Assembly (NCBI GenBank): GCA_964016885.1
Contig: OZ024746.1
Coordinates: 74,338,001 to 74,402,000, forward strand
DNA: 64,000 nucleotides
Origin: Eledone cirrhosa
Taxonomy: Eukaryota
Direction of reading: 5' to 3'
A program made the position numbers and the translations under genes. Below the pieces are notes generated by a model. The model did no database searches. It had not been told where the DNA came from and saw only the letters and a list, made by a program, of their open reading frames with translations. This document shows, one piece after another, positions 60,919 through 64,000 of this stretch. The first letter of the stretch is position 1; the number at the start of each line of letters is the position of its first letter.

Positions 60919-61614
60919 ATGTATGTGTGTATCTGGATGTATGTGTATGTATATATATGTGTGTGTGTGTGTGTGTGTATGTGTATATATGTGTGTGTAT
61001 GTGTGTATGTATATGTATGTGTGTGTGTATGTATGTGTGTATATGTATATATATATATATATGTATATGTATATGTATATGTATGTATGTGTGGGTGAAG
61101 GTATGTGTGTATATATAGGTGTAAGTGCACTAAATCCCTTTCTATCACGCTCCACTCTCCTACCCACCACAGGAAGATATGTGTATGTATATTGCTTCCA
61201 CCCCCTCACTGACCAGCAGCTGGCCAGTTGACGATTGCTAAATCTGACCTTTATAAAATAACCCACACCCCAAATAACTTCTCATTCACTACCAGAAAGG
61301 GACACAGCAGTCAACCTGTTGTTGCTACCTAGATGAAAACTGCTATGAAATCCCACAATGAATTTTATACTTGAATTTTCAAATCTCAAGTTTTAACTCT
61401 TCGTACTATTAATTTTTCTTAATATTAATCAACATTTGAAAAGATGGCTTTTGCAGACCCATCGAAACCGGTCATTTTTTATACCCTTTATTATTTCCTT
61501 ACCTTATAAAATTATGTTTTTTCACAAAAAAGTATTCTGTCTCTTATATATTCCATGTGCCATTACCAACCTCAATTTTCTCTATAACCTTCGTTTTGTG
61601 TAGAAAATTACACT

Positions 61615-61620
<6 letters not shown>
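59574..61620 (+). mobile_element. Young PLE insertion: antisense 3' end, then a sense 5'-truncated copy (GIY-YIG C-terminus, long 3' UTR, HHR, short extension)
   Basis: Arms 59574-~60190 and ~60960-61581 are nearly identical. 60192-60422 encodes SLRKRMTIHRQQIRD..IPLSSHIANC..FKIFPFYK..RINKENLFLNKFKPKLN. Confidence 0.9.
61431..61478 (+). ncRNA. Hammerhead motif, U3-A8 covariant core (antisense copy at 59677-59724)
   Basis: aacat-TTGAAAA-gatgg-[11 nt]-ccatc-GAAA-ccgg-TC-atttt; helix I is weak. Confidence 0.6.
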
Positions 61621-61669
<49 letters not shown>

Positions 61670-61672
<3 letters not shown>

Positions 61673-61858
61673 CTGTTTCTACGTTAGGAACAAGGGCAGC
61701 AATTACCCAGTGCATTAATGGTACTTTATTTTATCGACCCCGTAAGGATGAAAGGCAAAGTTTACCTCGGCGGGATTTGAACTCAGAATGGCAAGGGCCG
61801 TAACTCTATGCGTCAAAGCATGGCGTCCGACTCTCTACCGATACTGCCAAGCCTCCGC
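61670..61858 (-). mobile_element. Full-length young SINE with its tail abutting (TA)n
   Basis: All SINE motifs are present on the minus strand. Confidence 0.92.
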
Positions 61859-62545
61859 CCTAAATATATATATATATATAACGAAGGAAATGTGGTAAGG
61901 AAGCAGATGAACCATAACGGACCAAAGTACTCAATACTTAGGGTAGTAGAGTGGGTGATAGGAACGAGTAGGACCCCGACGACTGAGCTCAAGCCGTTTC
62001 GACGGCTAATTCTGGACTATATATATATACCGTATTTAGAGGTATATATAACATTTAATAATGAATTTAAATAATCTAAAGCTAATAACAATAAATTGTT
62101 AAAGAAAAAATGTACCTTTTTAATTCTACGAAACTAGAATGGTATCCTATACCATAGGTACCATCTCAGCTTGTTTTTATGCTGCAAAAGAAGTAAGCCA
62201 GGGCCCGAATGAGCTGAATTCCGAACACAGACAATTTTAATTTCTTCATGAAACTGTTCGTCTTTGCTGAAGTTCGTGAGTAGGATGTTCGTAGTACAAG
62301 AAAAGACGAGGTTGAAATATAGAACGAAGACGTCAGAAAAGGTTTTGAAGAAAACATGAATGTTTTATATATTTTACCTTTTGAATCTGTATTTTCAGTT
62401 CGAGCGTTTAAAGTGATAAAAATAAAATTTAAACGTTTCCATGAATCGAAATCGATGTGTACATGTAAGTGTTAATATGTATGTATGTGTGTCTGTGTGT
62501 GTATATATATATGTATATATATATATGTATATATATATATATGTG

Positions 62546-62663
<118 letters not shown>

Positions 62664-63554
62664 TATATGTGTGTGTGTGTGTGTATGTATATGTATGTGT
62701 GTATGTATATGTGTGTGTGTGTGTGTGTACATAAAAAGCGTGGGATAGTAAAAGCGAAAGTGAGTGAACTCGATTGGACTTACAATATGAAATAAAATGA
62801 AAAAAAAAAAAATTAAGTGCCATATTTTCACTTATATATCGATTTCAATTGAAAATGTAGTTTGAAAAATTTAATTGAATTTCGATTTGAGTTTTAATGA
62901 TATAATTTATTTTTATTTATTTTTTAGTTACGATTCTCTCAACTGATATAATGTGTTACTGATTATGTATTGTTGTCAAATTTCTTTTATAAATCTTGTT
63001 ATCTCTAACTGTCTTATATCCGTTGCATGTTCATGGAAAGTATCTGATAGATATTGCCTTCTTCAAAATGATGATTATCTTTTGAGTTTATTGTTAATTA
63101 ACCTCATTTTTACAGATCAATATATGTGTAGTCTATATATATGAATTGAATAGATTTTAAGCATAATTTTAATAACGTTTGTGAAATAAGTATTAGGTTA
63201 ATTTGGTATTCTAAGTATCATAACTTATACCAATCATTACATATCGAATTGAGCTTTCATTTTTCGTAGAATATTTAAGCAGTTACATAAGTGAATTCTC
63301 ATTGTAATTTGATCTAAAATTCGGTACTTTGAACATTCAGCGCAACTCTGTAAGTGCATACACATTACTTTGTCAAGCTCTCTTCTGTCAAGTATTTTCC
63401 TTTCCGTCCCTGTAACCTGCATATCTAATAAATCTAACAAAAATGTTTTCGACGATATTTTCAGAGAGCAATTATTTCGGTCAATGTTATGAATAACAAA
63501 CGCGAATACACTAGAGAGAATACAGAATATATGACGTTTAATTTCTTTTATTAT

Positions 63555-63928
63555 TAGTGAATTGGCAGTATCGGTAGAGGGTTGGACGCCATGCTTTCTA
63601 GCATAGTTACGTCCCTTTACAGTCTGAGTTCAAATCCCGCCGAGGTTAACTTTGCCTTTTATCCTTACGGGGTCGATAAAATAAAGTACCAGTAATGTAC
63701 TGGGTAATTGCTGGCCTTGTGCCTAAAGTAGAAACAATTATTAGTGAATTGGCAGTATCGGTAGAGGGTCGGACGCCATGCTTTGACGCAAAGAGTTACG
63801 GCCCTTTCCATTCTGAGTTCAAATCCCGCTGTGGTTAACTTTGCCTTTCATCCTTACGGGGTCGATAAAATAAAGTACCAGTAATACACTGGGTAATTGC
63901 TGGCCTTGTGCCTAACGTAGAAACAGTT
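63555..63928 (+). mobile_element. Head-to-tail dimer of two full-length young SINEs
   Basis: ttattagtgaattggcagtatcggtagaggg begins at 63551 and 63738; the second tail runs into (TA)n. Confidence 0.92.
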
Positions 63929-64000
63929 ATATATATATATATATATATCACTCGTATGGAAACCTGCAGCATCAATTTGACATATATGGATTTACTGGTA

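Overview
Very AT-rich, repeat-dominated animal DNA. The abundant tRNA-derived SINE family resembles octopus/cephalopod SINEs, but that taxon call is an inference from memory. No host protein-coding gene can be supported. Almost all ORFs in the track are translations of (TA)n, (CA)n, (GA)n or trinucleotide microsatellites. The real coding remnants are retroelement fragments: CR1-type, RTE-X, RTE-BovB, CRE-like and I/Jockey-like LINEs, plus several Penelope-like elements (PLEs; RT C-terminus and GIY-YIG). The main hidden signal is about 20 minimal type I hammerhead-ribozyme (HHR) motifs from roughly 8 unrelated sequence families. Most have a palindromic helix III, and many occur as antisense+sense foldbacks inside (TA)n tracts. 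They include U3-A8 covariant cores, a CCGAAGA variant, a 40-nt helix II insertion, and a 144-bp tandem self-complementary HHR unit resembling a retrozyme. The SINE also forms head-to-head pairs, one with a target-site duplication plus an inverted copy of the target. All coordinates were read by eye and are approximate; no alignment, folding or database search was run.
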